Position numbers and translations under genes: made by a program
Shown: positions 1-10,469 of the stretch, in pieces
How positions within the stretch are numbered: position 1 is the first letter of the stretch
Layout: each line of letters begins with the position of its first letter
Origin: Desulfonatronovibrionaceae bacterium
Lineage (GTDB): Bacteria > Desulfobacterota > Desulfovibrionia > Desulfovibrionales > Desulfonatronovibrionaceae
Reading direction: 5' to 3'
DNA length: 64,000 nt
NCBI GenBank assembly: GCA_046539845.1
Contig: JBKHGE010000003.1
Coordinates: forward strand, 1 to 64,000
Notes under the pieces: generated by a model
The model's database searches: none
Seen by the model: the letters and a program-made list of their open reading frames with translations, nothing else
What the model was told of the DNA's origin: nothing

Positions 1-148
1 CAAAGTGGACATATATGTCAAGACATCAGTAAGATATATATAACAGATAGTCAAAGAGCCATTCATCCCGGAAATTGAATAACCGGGAATTCTTGCTCAA
101 TTTTTCTTAAAAGAAGACCTTGAAGATTCAAGAGGCCTGAATAAGGAA

Positions 149-727
149 GTGGCCACTGCCATAGAGCCTTTAAAGAATTTTTATCCGGCCGAGGAATATC
201 ACCAGGACTATTTGGCCAAAAAAAGAGGAGAGCCTGCAAAAACATCCCCAAAACAGCCGGTCGCGAACACAAATGACAATTCCGTTCCTGCAAATAATTA
301 TCAGGAAAGAATAAAAAATCTGACCGCTCTTCAATTCAAAGTGACTCAAAAGGACGGGACCGAACCGGCATTTAGCAATGAATACTGGGACAACAAAAAA
401 GAAGGTATCTATGTGGATGTGGTTTCCGGAGAACCTCTTTTTTCCTCCAGGGATAAATTCGACTCCGGAACTGGATGGCCCAGCTTTACCCGGCCGATTG
501 ATAAGGACAGTCTGGTTACTCGGGAAGACAACTCCCTTTTTACCACCAGGACGGAAGTCCGCTCCGGAAAAGCCGACTCCCATCTGGGGCACGTTTTTGA
601 GGACGGACCGCCCTCGACTGGTCTGAGATACTGCATTAACTCAGCCGCACTCAGGTTCATTCCCAGGGAAAAACTGGAAGAAAACGGGATGGGCGAGTAT
701 ATGAAGGAATTCAACGGGGAGGAATAG
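149..727 (+). CDS. msrB: Peptide-methionine (R)-S-oxide reductase MsrB carrying a remnant of the MsrA C-terminus (truncated msrAB fusion)
   Basis: MsrB motifs [23 protein letters not shown] and RYCINS are present. The N-terminus has the MsrA tail [12 protein letters not shown], but the MsrA GCFWG active site is absent; an in-frame TAA lies at 80-82. Confidence 0.85.
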   Translation: MATAIEPLKNFYPAEEYHQDYLAKKRGEPAKTSPKQPVANTNDNSVPANNYQERIKNLTALQFKVTQKDGTEPAFSNEYWDNKKEGIYVDVVSGEPLFSSRDKFDSGTGWPSFTRPIDKDSLVTREDNSLFTTRTEVRSGKADSHLGHVFEDGPPSTGLRYCINSAALRFIPREKLEENGMGEYMKEFNGEE

Positions 728-805
728 CCATATATCTTTGGCTCTTCGACTTTTGATGTGGATTAACTGCTCACAAATGAGTTTATTTTTGGTTCTCGCC
801 TCCGC

Positions 806-827
806 CACTCAGACTTTTGTCTGAGTG
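806..827. terminator. Perfect 9-bp hairpin, putative terminator
   Basis: CACTCAGAC-TTTT-GTCTGAGTG between convergent msrB and selB. Confidence 0.5.
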
Positions 828-906
828 ACTGGACAGACTCAACTGCAAAAATATATTTTTTGCAGGCGCATCTGGACAGGCTCCTCGAAGAATAGCTTGA
901 GGCGCT

Positions 907-1038
907 TGAAGCGTCCGGTTTCCCGGTGCAAGCGGATTTGTCTGCCGCTGGACACAGGATGTGTTAGAGGCGGCAGACACCTCGGAGGCGGCCAGGACGG
1001 CCGCCGAGAATGAGCGGCACCGGTTTCCGGACGCTTCA
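907..1038. repeat. Nested palindromic element (REP/MITE-like)
   Basis: Terminal IR TGAAGCGTCCGG (907-918)/CCGGACGCTTCA (1027-1038) encloses two hairpins with AGGAT and AGGAC loops. Confidence 0.6.
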
Positions 1039-1061
1039 GCCCGTGATTACTTACAACGAAA

Positions 1062-2966
1062 CTACTTACTTCTGAGTTTCCTCTTATCCCCGACGCGCAT
1101 GGTCAATTTCTCCTTGTCCATGAACTCCAGAAGGGGAATGGCGAATTTGCGGGAGAGACCGGTGAGTTCCTTGAAGTCCACCGGACCCATCTCCTCGTTT
1201 CGGGAAAAATAATCCCGGAGCATTCCCTTTAGTTTGTCCACTGCCTGGGGAGAGAAATAAAAATCCGCGTTTATCTTTATAAGCTCCTTGTTTTCCGCAA
1301 GCAGGCGCAGGACCGGCTCCGCCTCTTTGGGCTTTAGGTCCAGCTTTTGCAAAAGCTGTTTAACGGTCGGGGGTTCCAGCCCGGAGCTTGTGTACTCCTC
1401 AAGTATTCTGGAGCGCAGTTTTTCCTGGTCCACGGCCAAAGACACCTTGTGCTCCGGCAGGCGCAAAACCTGCTGCTCGTTTATAAGCTCTTCTGATTTT
1501 AAGAGCCTTTCCAAAAGGAAATGCACCAGCTTGTCCGGAAGGCCGTGCGCCCAGGCCGAAGTCAATTCCCCCCGGGAGACGCCCTGGCGAAGGGGATTTT
1601 GCCTATGGTAATTCCCCACATACTCCAGAAGCTTCGCACATAGCTCCCGAACGATCTCCCCGCTTACGTAAACCCGGTTTTCCCGGTCATAGACCAGGGC
1701 CTCCTGACGGCCGCCCATGGTCTGCAGGGCTTTTTCCAGGGCCTTGCCCTCCATGTCGGTCATTATTTTCAGCTGCGGCAGACTAAGCCCGCGGGGACCG
1801 GCCCATTTAAGCTGCATGGCAATAAGTTCCTCGCCAGTGGCATGGGCCATTTTTTCCAGTTCCTCCACTTCCGGAGAAAATCTTTTCACCTTCCCGGCCA
1901 GGGGGTTGATTATCCTGGCCCCGGCAATAGTCCGAAGCGGGGAAAAGGAACGTAGAACGCATCTGTCCCCGTACACCCCGGCCATGAAAGTTTTGAATCT
2001 CACCTGGGCCATGCACGTCTCCCCGGCCTCCAATTTGTCCCTGTCCAAAAGATATATCCTGGCCATTATTTCCTTGGAGCCGTGGTGGAAATGCACTTCC
2101 GTGCGGTGGCGCAGGGGCCTGGCTGCGGACTTGAGATAGGTAAGCTCCAGATCCCAGACCGGACTAGGGAACAGGGTCCCGGGATGGGCCAGGACATAAC
2201 CCCGTTCCAGGGCCTCCACATCCACGGAATGCAAATTAATGGCCGTACGCATGCCGGCTGAACTTTCCTCGCGCTGCTCCCCGTGGACCTGAATGGAGCG
2301 GACCTTGGTCTTTAACCCCTCGGGATAGACGGTTATCTCCTCCCCGACCCGGACGCGTCCGGAGACAGTGGTCCCGGTGATGACCGTCCCGTGTCCACGC
2401 ATGCTAAAGACCCGGTCTACGGGCAGACGGAACAGATCGGCCCGTCTGTGGGTTGCAAACCCCTCCGCGGTTTGGGTAAGCGCTTCCTTAAGTTCATCCA
2501 GACCGGCCCCAGTATGGGCGGAAACCGGTATTATGGGCGCTTCTTCCAGAAACGTGCCCTGCAGATAACCCTGAACATCGTCCAGGACCAACTCTAAAAG
2601 CTCGTCATCAACCATGTCCAGTTTGGTTATGGCCACCAGGCCGTGCTCTATGCCCAGAAGAGAACAAATCTCCAGATGCTCCCTGGTCTGGGGCATGACT
2701 CCCTCATCCGCGGCCACCACCAAAAGGACAAAATCTATCCCAGCCGCTCCAGAGACCATATTCTTGACGAATTTCTCGTGTCCGGGGACATCAACAATGC
2801 CCAACCTTTGCCCGCCGAGACCGTCCATAAAGGCGAACCCGAGCTCAATGGTGATCCCCCGCTTTTTCTCCTCGGACAGCCTGTCACAGTCTATCCCGCT
2901 TAAAGCCCGGATCAGGGCGGTCTTGCCGTGATCAATATGTCCTGCCGTGCCCATTATAACCGGCAT
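1062..2966 (-). CDS. selB: Selenocysteine-specific translation elongation factor
   Basis: GTAGHIDHGKT, EEKKRGITIELGF and DVPGHEKF motifs; C-terminal winged-helix SRKFAIPLLE; 634 aa. Confidence 0.97.
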   Translation of the reverse strand: MPVIMGTAGHIDHGKTALIRALSGIDCDRLSEEKKRGITIELGFAFMDGLGGQRLGIVDVPGHEKFVKNMVSGAAGIDFVLLVVAADEGVMPQTREHLEICSLLGIEHGLVAITKLDMVDDELLELVLDDVQGYLQGTFLEEAPIIPVSAHTGAGLDELKEALTQTAEGFATHRRADLFRLPVDRVFSMRGHGTVITGTTVSGRVRVGEEITVYPEGLKTKVRSIQVHGEQREESSAGMRTAINLHSVDVEALERGYVLAHPGTLFPSPVWDLELTYLKSAARPLRHRTEVHFHHGSKEIMARIYLLDRDKLEAGETCMAQVRFKTFMAGVYGDRCVLRSFSPLRTIAGARIINPLAGKVKRFSPEVEELEKMAHATGEELIAMQLKWAGPRGLSLPQLKIMTDMEGKALEKALQTMGGRQEALVYDRENRVYVSGEIVRELCAKLLEYVGNYHRQNPLRQGVSRGELTSAWAHGLPDKLVHFLLERLLKSEELINEQQVLRLPEHKVSLAVDQEKLRSRILEEYTSSGLEPPTVKQLLQKLDLKPKEAEPVLRLLAENKELIKINADFYFSPQAVDKLKGMLRDYFSRNEEMGPVDFKELTGLSRKFAIPLLEFMDKEKLTMRVGDKRKLRSK

Positions 2967-3058
2967 AAAACACCCTTTGCCTTTGTCATGCTATTTGCGG
3001 ATTCCAAGATATTAACAGCGGGCCTGCCTTGCTTTCTATCCGAAGCAAAGGGCTCATT

Positions 3059-4423
3059 TTAGACCCCGGCCTCGTAAAACGTCTTATAGGCCTGATACGT
3101 GGCGTACACATCCGGTTTGCTCACTATCTCGAAGGGGCTATGCATACCCAGCACTCCGGGGCCGAAATCGATTATGTCCATCCCGTAGACAGCCAGATGC
3201 TTGGCCACAGTACCCCCACCACCCTGATCCACCTTGCCCAGCTCGGCCATCTGCCAGGGGATATCTTTTTCGTTCAATATCTTCCGCCACCAAGCCACGT
3301 ATTCGGCGTGGGCGTCATTCGCCCCCACCTTGCCCCGGTGGCCAGTGAACTTGCAGAATACCGGACCGTGGCCGATAAGCGAGGCGTTCAGCTTCTCGTG
3401 CACCTCCTGGTAATCTGGATCCATAGCCCCATGCACGTCAGCTGATACCGCCCGGGTATGTTGAAACAGGGTGCGGATGTTTGTCTCCGGCTCCCAGGCG
3501 GCCAGAAGGTCCTCCAGGCAGTACTCCATAAAATGGGACTTGGCCCCGGTGGACCCGTCCGATCCGATTTCCTCCTTGTCCCAGAAAATAGCTACACTAG
3601 TATATTCCGGATCTTCAGCCTGCAAAAACGCGTTCAGCCCGGTGAAAACGCAGACCCGGTCGTCATGCCCGTAGGCCCCGACAAGCCCCTCGTCCAGCCC
3701 GGCGAACCGGGCCGGTCCGGCCGGAACCACCTGCATCTCCGAGCTGTACAAATCCTCCTCCACAATGCCGAATCTGGCGTGCAGGACTTTCAGCAGGTTT
3801 TTGTACACCTTGTGCTTTTCATCTTCGCCCAACGCCAGATCCGGTTTGTGCCCGAGCATGACGTTCAGCTTCTCCGCCTCAAAGGCTTCGGAGAGCTTTT
3901 TGTCCATCTGTTTCGAGGCCAGATGGGGCAATAGATCGGATATGCACAGGACCGGGTCTTTTTCATCCTCGCCGATCACTACCGGGACGACATTCCCGTC
4001 TGTTTTGACGATCGTCCCGTGCAGGGCCAGAGGACGGGACAGCCAGTGATACTTACGGATCCCGCCGTAATAATGTGTCTTGCCTAAAGCCACTTCGCAC
4101 TGTTCAGTGAGCGGTCTTTGCTTGAGATCCAGATGCGGAGTGTCGGCGTGGGCGCCTAAAAGGCGTATCCCCTCGAACAGGGGCCGGCGACCCCGCCGGG
4201 CCAAAAATATGGTCTTATTTTTGTGCGCCCGAAAAACCCGATCCGCGGAAAAATCCTCAGCAAAGCCTCGATCGCGGAGGACTTCGGTTACGTAGGCCAC
4301 GGTCTCCCGCTCGGTCTTGCACCGAGTCAAAAAATCCAGGTATCCGCAGGCGAACTCGTGCACCTCTTCCTCATTCGCGGCGTAAATCTCCCAGCAGCTC
4401 TTATTCTTGTATTCCAACTGCAT
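3059..4423 (-). CDS. M18 family aminopeptidase
   Basis: [35 protein letters not shown] and MHSPFE motifs. Confidence 0.92.
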   Translation of the reverse strand: MQLEYKNKSCWEIYAANEEEVHEFACGYLDFLTRCKTERETVAYVTEVLRDRGFAEDFSADRVFRAHKNKTIFLARRGRRPLFEGIRLLGAHADTPHLDLKQRPLTEQCEVALGKTHYYGGIRKYHWLSRPLALHGTIVKTDGNVVPVVIGEDEKDPVLCISDLLPHLASKQMDKKLSEAFEAEKLNVMLGHKPDLALGEDEKHKVYKNLLKVLHARFGIVEEDLYSSEMQVVPAGPARFAGLDEGLVGAYGHDDRVCVFTGLNAFLQAEDPEYTSVAIFWDKEEIGSDGSTGAKSHFMEYCLEDLLAAWEPETNIRTLFQHTRAVSADVHGAMDPDYQEVHEKLNASLIGHGPVFCKFTGHRGKVGANDAHAEYVAWWRKILNEKDIPWQMAELGKVDQGGGGTVAKHLAVYGMDIIDFGPGVLGMHSPFEIVSKPDVYATYQAYKTFYEAGV

Positions 4424-5396
4424 CTTTTCTCCTTTTCAGCAGATTTTCAAAATAGGCTATAGTCTCTTTCAGGCCCTCCTCCAGACCCCAAACCGGCTCC
4501 CAGCCCAATTTGGACCGGGCCAGGGAGATATCCGGACGGCGGCGCTTGGGGTCGTTTACCGGCAGGGGTCTGTACACGATCTCTGAGTCTGAGCCGGTGA
4601 GCTCAATCACCTTTTCGGCCAGCTCCAGTACGCCTGTTTCCACCGGATTACCCAGATTCACCGGACCGGTGAATGGCGCGTCAGACTGCATAAGCAGAAG
4701 CATCCCTTCCACCAGATCCCGGACATAGCAAAAAGACCGGCTCTGAGTGCCGTCCCCGTAGATGGTTATCGGCCTGTTTTGCAGGGCCTGGAGGATGAAA
4801 TTACTCACCACCCGGCCGTCATTGGGATGCATGTTCGGCCCGAAGGTGTTGAATATTCGGGCCACCTTGATCTCCAGGCCATGCTGGCGGTGATAGTCGA
4901 AAAACAGGGTTTCGGCGCAGCGTTTGCCTTCGTCATAGCAGGAGCGCGGCCCCACCGGATTGACCTTCCCCCAGTAGGACTCGTCCTGGGGATGTACTTC
5001 CGGGTCCCCGTAGACCTCGCTGGTAGAGGCCTGAAAGATACGGGCCCCCACCCGCTTGGCCAAGCCGAGCACGTTTATGCTCCCATGCACGCAGGTCTTG
5101 GTGGTCTGCACCGGATCGAACTGATAATGTATGGGTGAGGCCGGACAGGCCAGATTGTATATCTCGTCCACCTCCACATACAGGGGGAAGGTGATATCGT
5201 GGCGCAGGATCTCAAAGCGGCGATGGTCCAGCATATCCCGGATATGCTCTTTCTGGCCGGTGAAATAATTGTCGCAACAAAGCACCTCCGCACCCAGATC
5301 CAAAAGGCGGCGGCACAGATGGGAACCGATAAACCCGGCCCCGCCGGTGACCAATACCCGCTTGCGCACCAGCCCCTTGAATTCGCCCTGCAACAT
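4401..5396 (-). CDS. UDP-glucuronic acid decarboxylase family SDR
   Basis: [36 protein letters not shown] and RIFNTFGP motifs. Confidence 0.93.
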   Translation of the reverse strand: MLQGEFKGLVRKRVLVTGGAGFIGSHLCRRLLDLGAEVLCCDNYFTGQKEHIRDMLDHRRFEILRHDITFPLYVEVDEIYNLACPASPIHYQFDPVQTTKTCVHGSINVLGLAKRVGARIFQASTSEVYGDPEVHPQDESYWGKVNPVGPRSCYDEGKRCAETLFFDYHRQHGLEIKVARIFNTFGPNMHPNDGRVVSNFILQALQNRPITIYGDGTQSRSFCYVRDLVEGMLLLMQSDAPFTGPVNLGNPVETGVLELAEKVIELTGSDSEIVYRPLPVNDPKRRRPDISLARSKLGWEPVWGLEEGLKETIAYFENLLKRRKDAVGIQE

Positions 5397-5488
5397 ACTC
5401 GCCTCCCCAGGTTATAAATAAGATATTCACTTTACCCTAACTCACTGCCTGCAAATTCTTTATTACGCAGGCCGCACACGCGATTCGG

Positions 5489-5677
5489 ACAAGAAAATAC
5501 TTGAACCGCCCGCTTCGCTCATGACACAGAGGCCGCCAAGGAAAAGCGTATTTCAATTTGCCGGGTAACGGCAAATTGAAAGGCAGCCTTGTCCAAAACC
5601 GTTTCCCGGTTTTGGACAATAACTTGGCTCCCCGCCTTCTTAGCGTACTTGGCGCCTTGGCGGTTCAACTATCTTGT
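5489..5677. repeat. Nested palindromic element (REP/MITE-like)
   Basis: Outer IR TTGAACCGCC (5501-5510)/GGCGGTTCAA (5659-5668) encloses two perfect 13-bp hairpins (5551-5581 and 5589-5619). Confidence 0.65.
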
Positions 5678-5754
5678 TTTTATAATAAATTTCCCGGCAT
5701 AAGGCATCAACCACAGGCCAAAAACACTGACCAACAAAAAATGATGCTCTATTA

Positions 5755-7179
5755 TTAGTCCAAATCCGGCATCGCCTGCCTCAAAGACTGCACAACAAGA
5801 GAAAACTCGCTCTCCTGCAATGTTCGTACATCCAGGCAGAACCAGTCCTCCTCCACTCGTCCGACAAGCGGCGGATCGCAGCGCAAAAGACCGTCCTTTA
5901 GTTCCGGGAGCCCCATGCCTTTCGGCCGCAGGCCGAGCATATACGTGGGCAGGTCCTGCTCCGGGAAAGCCCCGCCCCCGACCCGGGAACTGCCCAGCAT
6001 GATCGCGGTATTCACCTTTTGCCCGCCGATTTTTTTCTGCACAAGACGCTGCAGACGCCGGGCCTTTCTCTTCAAATCCGCCTTCCCCGCGCAGATCATG
6101 TTCAGGGTGGGTATTTCCTCCTCTGCCCTGTCCATGTCCAGATACAGACGCAGAGTGGACTCCAGAGCGGCCAGGGTCATTTTATCGATGCGCAGGGCCC
6201 TGTTCAGGGGGTTCACCTTTATTTTGTCTATATATTCCCGGCGCCCCAGAATTATTCCCGCCTGTGGCCCGCCCAGAAGTTTGTCTCCACTAAAAGATAC
6301 AACGGATACGCCGCCTTTGATAACCTGTTGTACCGTGGGCTCGTGCATAAAGGAATGCCCGGCCGCGTTAAAATCAAAAAGATTACCGCTGCCCATGTCC
6401 TCTATTACCGGAAGGCCGTGATTTTCCCCAAGCTGCACCAGTTCCTCCAGGGGGACTTCCTTGTGAAAACCAATTATCCGGTAATTGGAGGTGTGCACTT
6501 TGAGCAGGGCGGCGGTGTCCTCGCCCACCGCGTTTTCATAATCGTGCAGGTGGGTGCGGTTAGTGGCCCCCACTTCGCGCAGAATTGCCCCGCTCTTGGC
6601 CATTACCTCCGGAATGCGGAACGACCCCCCGATCTCCACTAGCTGACCCCTGGAGACTATCACCTCCCGATCCCGGGCCAGGGTATCCAAAATCAACAAA
6701 ACAGCGGCCGCGTTGTTGTTCACCACCAGACCGGCCTCAGCCCCAGTAAGACGGCACAAAAGGTTTTGTACATGGCTGTAACGCGATCCCCTCTGTCCGG
6801 TTTCCAGGGAAAATTCCAGGTTAGAGTAGTGCCTGCAGGCCTGCTCTACAGCCGAACAGGCAGCCTCGGCCAGCACGGAACGGCCCAGGTTGGTATGGAT
6901 CACCACCCCGGTGCCGTTCAGGACCCTGCGAAAATGCGGTCTAGACTTACGACGGACAAAATCATAGAGCCGACCGGACAGCCTTTCCAAAGCAAGCTCC
7001 CGGCTGTCAGCGATTTCGCCATTCTTGATCCTTTCCCGGCACCGGTCCAAAAATTCATTTGTCAGATCCCGGAGCATAGTCCGGGGCAAGACGGAAAGCT
7101 CCCTGTCTTCAAGAAGCGTTTCCAACAGGCGGTCCACAGCCGGCAGAAAGCGGAACAGATTACTCAAGCCGTTCTCCAT
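5755..7179 (-). CDS. selA: L-seryl-tRNA(Sec) selenium transferase
   Basis: NGTGVVIHTNLGR, VNNNAAA, SRGQLVEIGGSFR and PLP-lysine SGDKLLGGPQAG motifs. Confidence 0.97.
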   Translation of the reverse strand: MENGLSNLFRFLPAVDRLLETLLEDRELSVLPRTMLRDLTNEFLDRCRERIKNGEIADSRELALERLSGRLYDFVRRKSRPHFRRVLNGTGVVIHTNLGRSVLAEAACSAVEQACRHYSNLEFSLETGQRGSRYSHVQNLLCRLTGAEAGLVVNNNAAAVLLILDTLARDREVIVSRGQLVEIGGSFRIPEVMAKSGAILREVGATNRTHLHDYENAVGEDTAALLKVHTSNYRIIGFHKEVPLEELVQLGENHGLPVIEDMGSGNLFDFNAAGHSFMHEPTVQQVIKGGVSVVSFSGDKLLGGPQAGIILGRREYIDKIKVNPLNRALRIDKMTLAALESTLRLYLDMDRAEEEIPTLNMICAGKADLKRKARRLQRLVQKKIGGQKVNTAIMLGSSRVGGGAFPEQDLPTYMLGLRPKGMGLPELKDGLLRCDPPLVGRVEEDWFCLDVRTLQESEFSLVVQSLRQAMPDLD

Positions 7180-7307
7180 TCTTGTCTTTTTAAAATCTTT
7201 TGACCAGATAGACCCGGGCCGGTTTTGTGCGCTTTAATACCCACGCCCCCGGGAAACCGAACCATACTGCCAACCATGCATACAAGTCAAAACCCGGACT
7301 AGCGGGC

Positions 7308-8567
7308 TCAAACATTCTCCCCGTGCGCAGACCAGTGCGGGAACAGGGAATATACCCGGCCCAAAAGATACAAAGAGCCGCAGACCAGGATGTCTTCTGC
7401 AGGCTTGGCAAGTACAGGGACAAGATCTTTTAGGTCCTGCTTTTGGGCCCTTTGACCCAGCTGGCGGATAACCTCGTCCCGGGCGTCGGCCCGGTCCTTT
7501 TCCCCGAGGGAGCACACCGCAACCGGACAAAAGAAATGCTTCAGCGCCGCGCACATTCCGGATATATCCTTGTCTGCAAAGCAGCTGAATATTACCAGCC
7601 CTGGTCGGAAGCCTGAATCGTGCAGAACGTGGTAAAGCGACTCCAGGGCGTGCGGATTGTGTGCCCCGTCCAGGACGATGTCCGGGGCGCGCCGCACCCG
7701 GTGCATACGACCGGGAATAAGGACCTTCAGATCCCGGCGTCCCGGCACCGGCAGCGCGGCCAGATCCTTTATCCGGCAGTACTCCCCCCAGGCCTTTTTG
7801 GCCAGGCGGAAATTGGCCTCCAGAAAATTACCCCCAGCCTCCGGGGCGGAAACAAAGGAAACGACAGCACCTTTGTCCCGGGCCGCCGCGCGCAGGATAT
7901 CCCCGATCCCTCCCGGCTGGGGAGCGCTTACCACCGGAGCGGTCTTGATTGCTGCCGCCTTGTCCCCGGCTATCTCCTGTAAACTGTTTCCCAGCACCCC
8001 GCAGTGATCCCGGCCCAGGGGAGTAAACACAGTAAGCTCGGGAACAAATGCGCTGGTGGCATCAAACCTGCCCCCCAAACCGGCCTCGAACACGGCCAGA
8101 TCCACTTCACTTGCGGCGAAAAGCAACCCAGCCAAAAGGGTCAAAAACTCAAAATAAGTCAGACCGAGGTTTCCGCAGCTCCGGAGTATCTCATTTCCGG
8201 CCGAAAGCCACTTTTCCCGGGAGGCCATCCGACCTCCGACACTGATGCGCTCCCGGATATCCGCAAGATGCGGCGAGGTGTACAAGCCGACGTAAAGTCC
8301 CTGTCTCCGGGCCAATTCCTGGATATAAATAGCGGTACTCCCTTTTCCGTTGGTCCCCAGAACATGGATGATCGGAAAAGGAGAACTGCCCAGTCCGGTT
8401 CTGGAAAGCGCCTCCTCCATCCGGGCCAGCCCAAGATCGACCCGGAAAAGCCCCAGCCTTTCCACATATCCCTGCAGGTCTTCAAAGCTCTTAAGCGTTT
8501 CAGTCAATAGGAAATGCCCGTAATCTTGATTTGTTTTGACAAAATTCGTCCGCCCCAGCGAATGCAC
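7308..8567 (-). CDS. folC: Folylpolyglutamate/dihydrofolate synthase (true start may be about 20 codons downstream)
   Basis: GTNGKGS, YTSPHL, TYFE, EAGLGGRFDAT, DGAHNP and CGSLYL motifs. Confidence 0.9.
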   Translation of the reverse strand: MHSLGRTNFVKTNQDYGHFLLTETLKSFEDLQGYVERLGLFRVDLGLARMEEALSRTGLGSSPFPIIHVLGTNGKGSTAIYIQELARRQGLYVGLYTSPHLADIRERISVGGRMASREKWLSAGNEILRSCGNLGLTYFEFLTLLAGLLFAASEVDLAVFEAGLGGRFDATSAFVPELTVFTPLGRDHCGVLGNSLQEIAGDKAAAIKTAPVVSAPQPGGIGDILRAAARDKGAVVSFVSAPEAGGNFLEANFRLAKKAWGEYCRIKDLAALPVPGRRDLKVLIPGRMHRVRRAPDIVLDGAHNPHALESLYHVLHDSGFRPGLVIFSCFADKDISGMCAALKHFFCPVAVCSLGEKDRADARDEVIRQLGQRAQKQDLKDLVPVLAKPAEDILVCGSLYLLGRVYSLFPHWSAHGENV

Positions 8568-8737
8568 CCTTTATCCGCCCCAATGGCCGCGGGCTATAAA
8601 CAGGTCCCCTTCCGAGACAGTCAAAAAACCTTTCCGGGCTCTCTGGATGCGGCTTCTCCACTCTTGCCTAGTAAAACTAATACCACTATAGATGTGGGTC
8701 TTTGGCAGCAAAAGTCCAGACAACCAAGGAGACGGAG

Positions 8738-10045
8738 ATGAGTCTTGTAAGCAGAGAGGACGCATTAATATACCACTCACGGGAAAGAAAGGGGAAGCTG
8801 GAGACAATGCCCAGCAAGCCCTGCAGCACACAAAAAGAACTGTCTATGGCCTATACTCCGGGTGTGGCCGAGGCCTGTCGGGAAATACAAAAAACTCCGG
8901 AAGATGTCTATCAATACACGAATAAGGGTAACCTGGTGGCCGTGGTCTCCAACGGGACAGCTGTTTTGGGCCTGGGCAATATCGGCCCGGCCGCAGGGAA
9001 ACCGGTCATGGAGGGCAAAGGGGTTTTGTTCAAGGCCTTTGCGGACGTGGACACCTATGATCTGAACATAAACGCCGCAGACCCGGACCGGATCATTGAG
9101 TTCGTACGCATGCTGGAGCCCACCTTCGGGGGCATCAATCTGGAGGACATAAAGGCCCCGGAGTGCTTTCACGTGGAACAGACCCTGATCCGGGAAATGG
9201 ACATACCTGTGTTCCACGACGACCAGCACGGAACAGCCATTATTTCCGGGGCTGGGCTGATAAACGCCCTGCGCATTAACGGCAAAAAGCCCGGGGATTT
9301 GAAGATGGTGGTCTCCGGGGCCGGGGCCGCGGCCGTGGCCTGTTCCAGATTCTATGAATCACTGGGGGTGGACCGGGATAACATATTTATGTTCGACTCC
9401 CGGGGCCTCATCCACAGAGAACGAGAGGACCTCACCCCGGAAAAAGAGATGTTCGCCCACACAAAGGATCTGGGACCGATGCACGAGGTCATCAAAGGGA
9501 CAGATATCTTCCTCGGCCTGTCCGTAAAAGGAATACTCACCCCGGAGATGGTCAAATCCATGAACAGGGACCCGGTTATCTTCGCCATGGCCAATCCGGA
9601 TCCGGAGATCTCCTACCCGGAGGCCAAAGCCGCCCGGCCGGACTGTATAGTGGCCACCGGCCGGTCCGACTTTCCAAATCAGGTAAACAACGTCTCCGGC
9701 TTTCCGTTCATTTTCCGCGGCGCGCTGGATGTCCGGGCCCGCAAGATAAACGAGGAGATGAAAGTGGCTGCGGCCACAGCCCTGGCCGACCTTGCCCGGG
9801 AACCGGTCCCAGAGGAGGTCCTGAGCGCCTATGAAGTCGAGAGATTAGAGTTTGGCCCGGACTACATCCTGCCCAAGCCCCTGGATCACCGGATCGCACT
9901 TTTTGAATCCCCGGCCGTGGCCCAGGCGGCAGTTAAATCCGGAGTGGCCCGCACCTCCATCGACCTTACCGCCTATCGGGATGACCTGGAAAAGCGTTTG
10001 CGAAATCTGGAGAAAAAAATTAAGGATCACCTAACTGATCTCTAA
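8738..10045 (+). CDS. NAD(P)-dependent malic enzyme
   Basis: [30 protein letters not shown] and HDDQHGTA motifs; ATG at 8738 follows an AAGGAG RBS. Confidence 0.93.
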   Translation: MSLVSREDALIYHSRERKGKLETMPSKPCSTQKELSMAYTPGVAEACREIQKTPEDVYQYTNKGNLVAVVSNGTAVLGLGNIGPAAGKPVMEGKGVLFKAFADVDTYDLNINAADPDRIIEFVRMLEPTFGGINLEDIKAPECFHVEQTLIREMDIPVFHDDQHGTAIISGAGLINALRINGKKPGDLKMVVSGAGAAAVACSRFYESLGVDRDNIFMFDSRGLIHREREDLTPEKEMFAHTKDLGPMHEVIKGTDIFLGLSVKGILTPEMVKSMNRDPVIFAMANPDPEISYPEAKAARPDCIVATGRSDFPNQVNNVSGFPFIFRGALDVRARKINEEMKVAAATALADLAREPVPEEVLSAYEVERLEFGPDYILPKPLDHRIALFESPAVAQAAVKSGVARTSIDLTAYRDDLEKRLRNLEKKIKDHLTDL

Positions 10046-10099
10046 GGCCGCACCGCGGCCCCGTGCCTCAACCAGAAAAACCAGGCCGGAGCACAAGTC

Positions 10100-10453
10100 A
10101 TGCACGAAATGTCCATAGCCCAGAACCTGATCCAGATAATCGACGAGGAGATGCAAAAGCACGAAGTGCACAGACTAAACAGGGTAAAAGTCGTGCATGG
10201 ACAGCTCTCGCATATTGTGCCTGAGGCGCTGGAGACCGCATTTGAGGTCCTGACCCAGGGAACCAAGATGCAGGGGGCGGCCCTTTTTCTGGAGGAGAGG
10301 CCGCTTCGGGCTAAATGCCGGGAATGCGGCCGGGAATTCTCCCCTGAAGGCGGGGATCTGATGATAATGACCTGCCCGCACTGCCAAGCCGAATTCGGAC
10401 ACGAGATTTTGTCCGGCAAAGAGCTCTTTATAGAGGAAATTGAAGCCGAATGA
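10100..10453 (+). CDS. hypA: Hydrogenase maturation nickel metallochaperone
   Basis: MHEMSIA N-terminus and two CxxC motifs. Confidence 0.93.
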   Translation: MHEMSIAQNLIQIIDEEMQKHEVHRLNRVKVVHGQLSHIVPEALETAFEVLTQGTKMQGAALFLEERPLRAKCRECGREFSPEGGDLMIMTCPHCQAEFGHEILSGKELFIEEIEAE

Positions 10454-10469
10454 TAAAAAGGAGACCCAT

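Noticed and set aside
1062..8567. selC tRNA, selD, or UGA-recoded selenoproteins near selA/selB
   Set aside because: I saw no cloverleaf with a TCA anticodon and no gene with a premature TGA at a catalytic Cys position. MsrB here has Cys.
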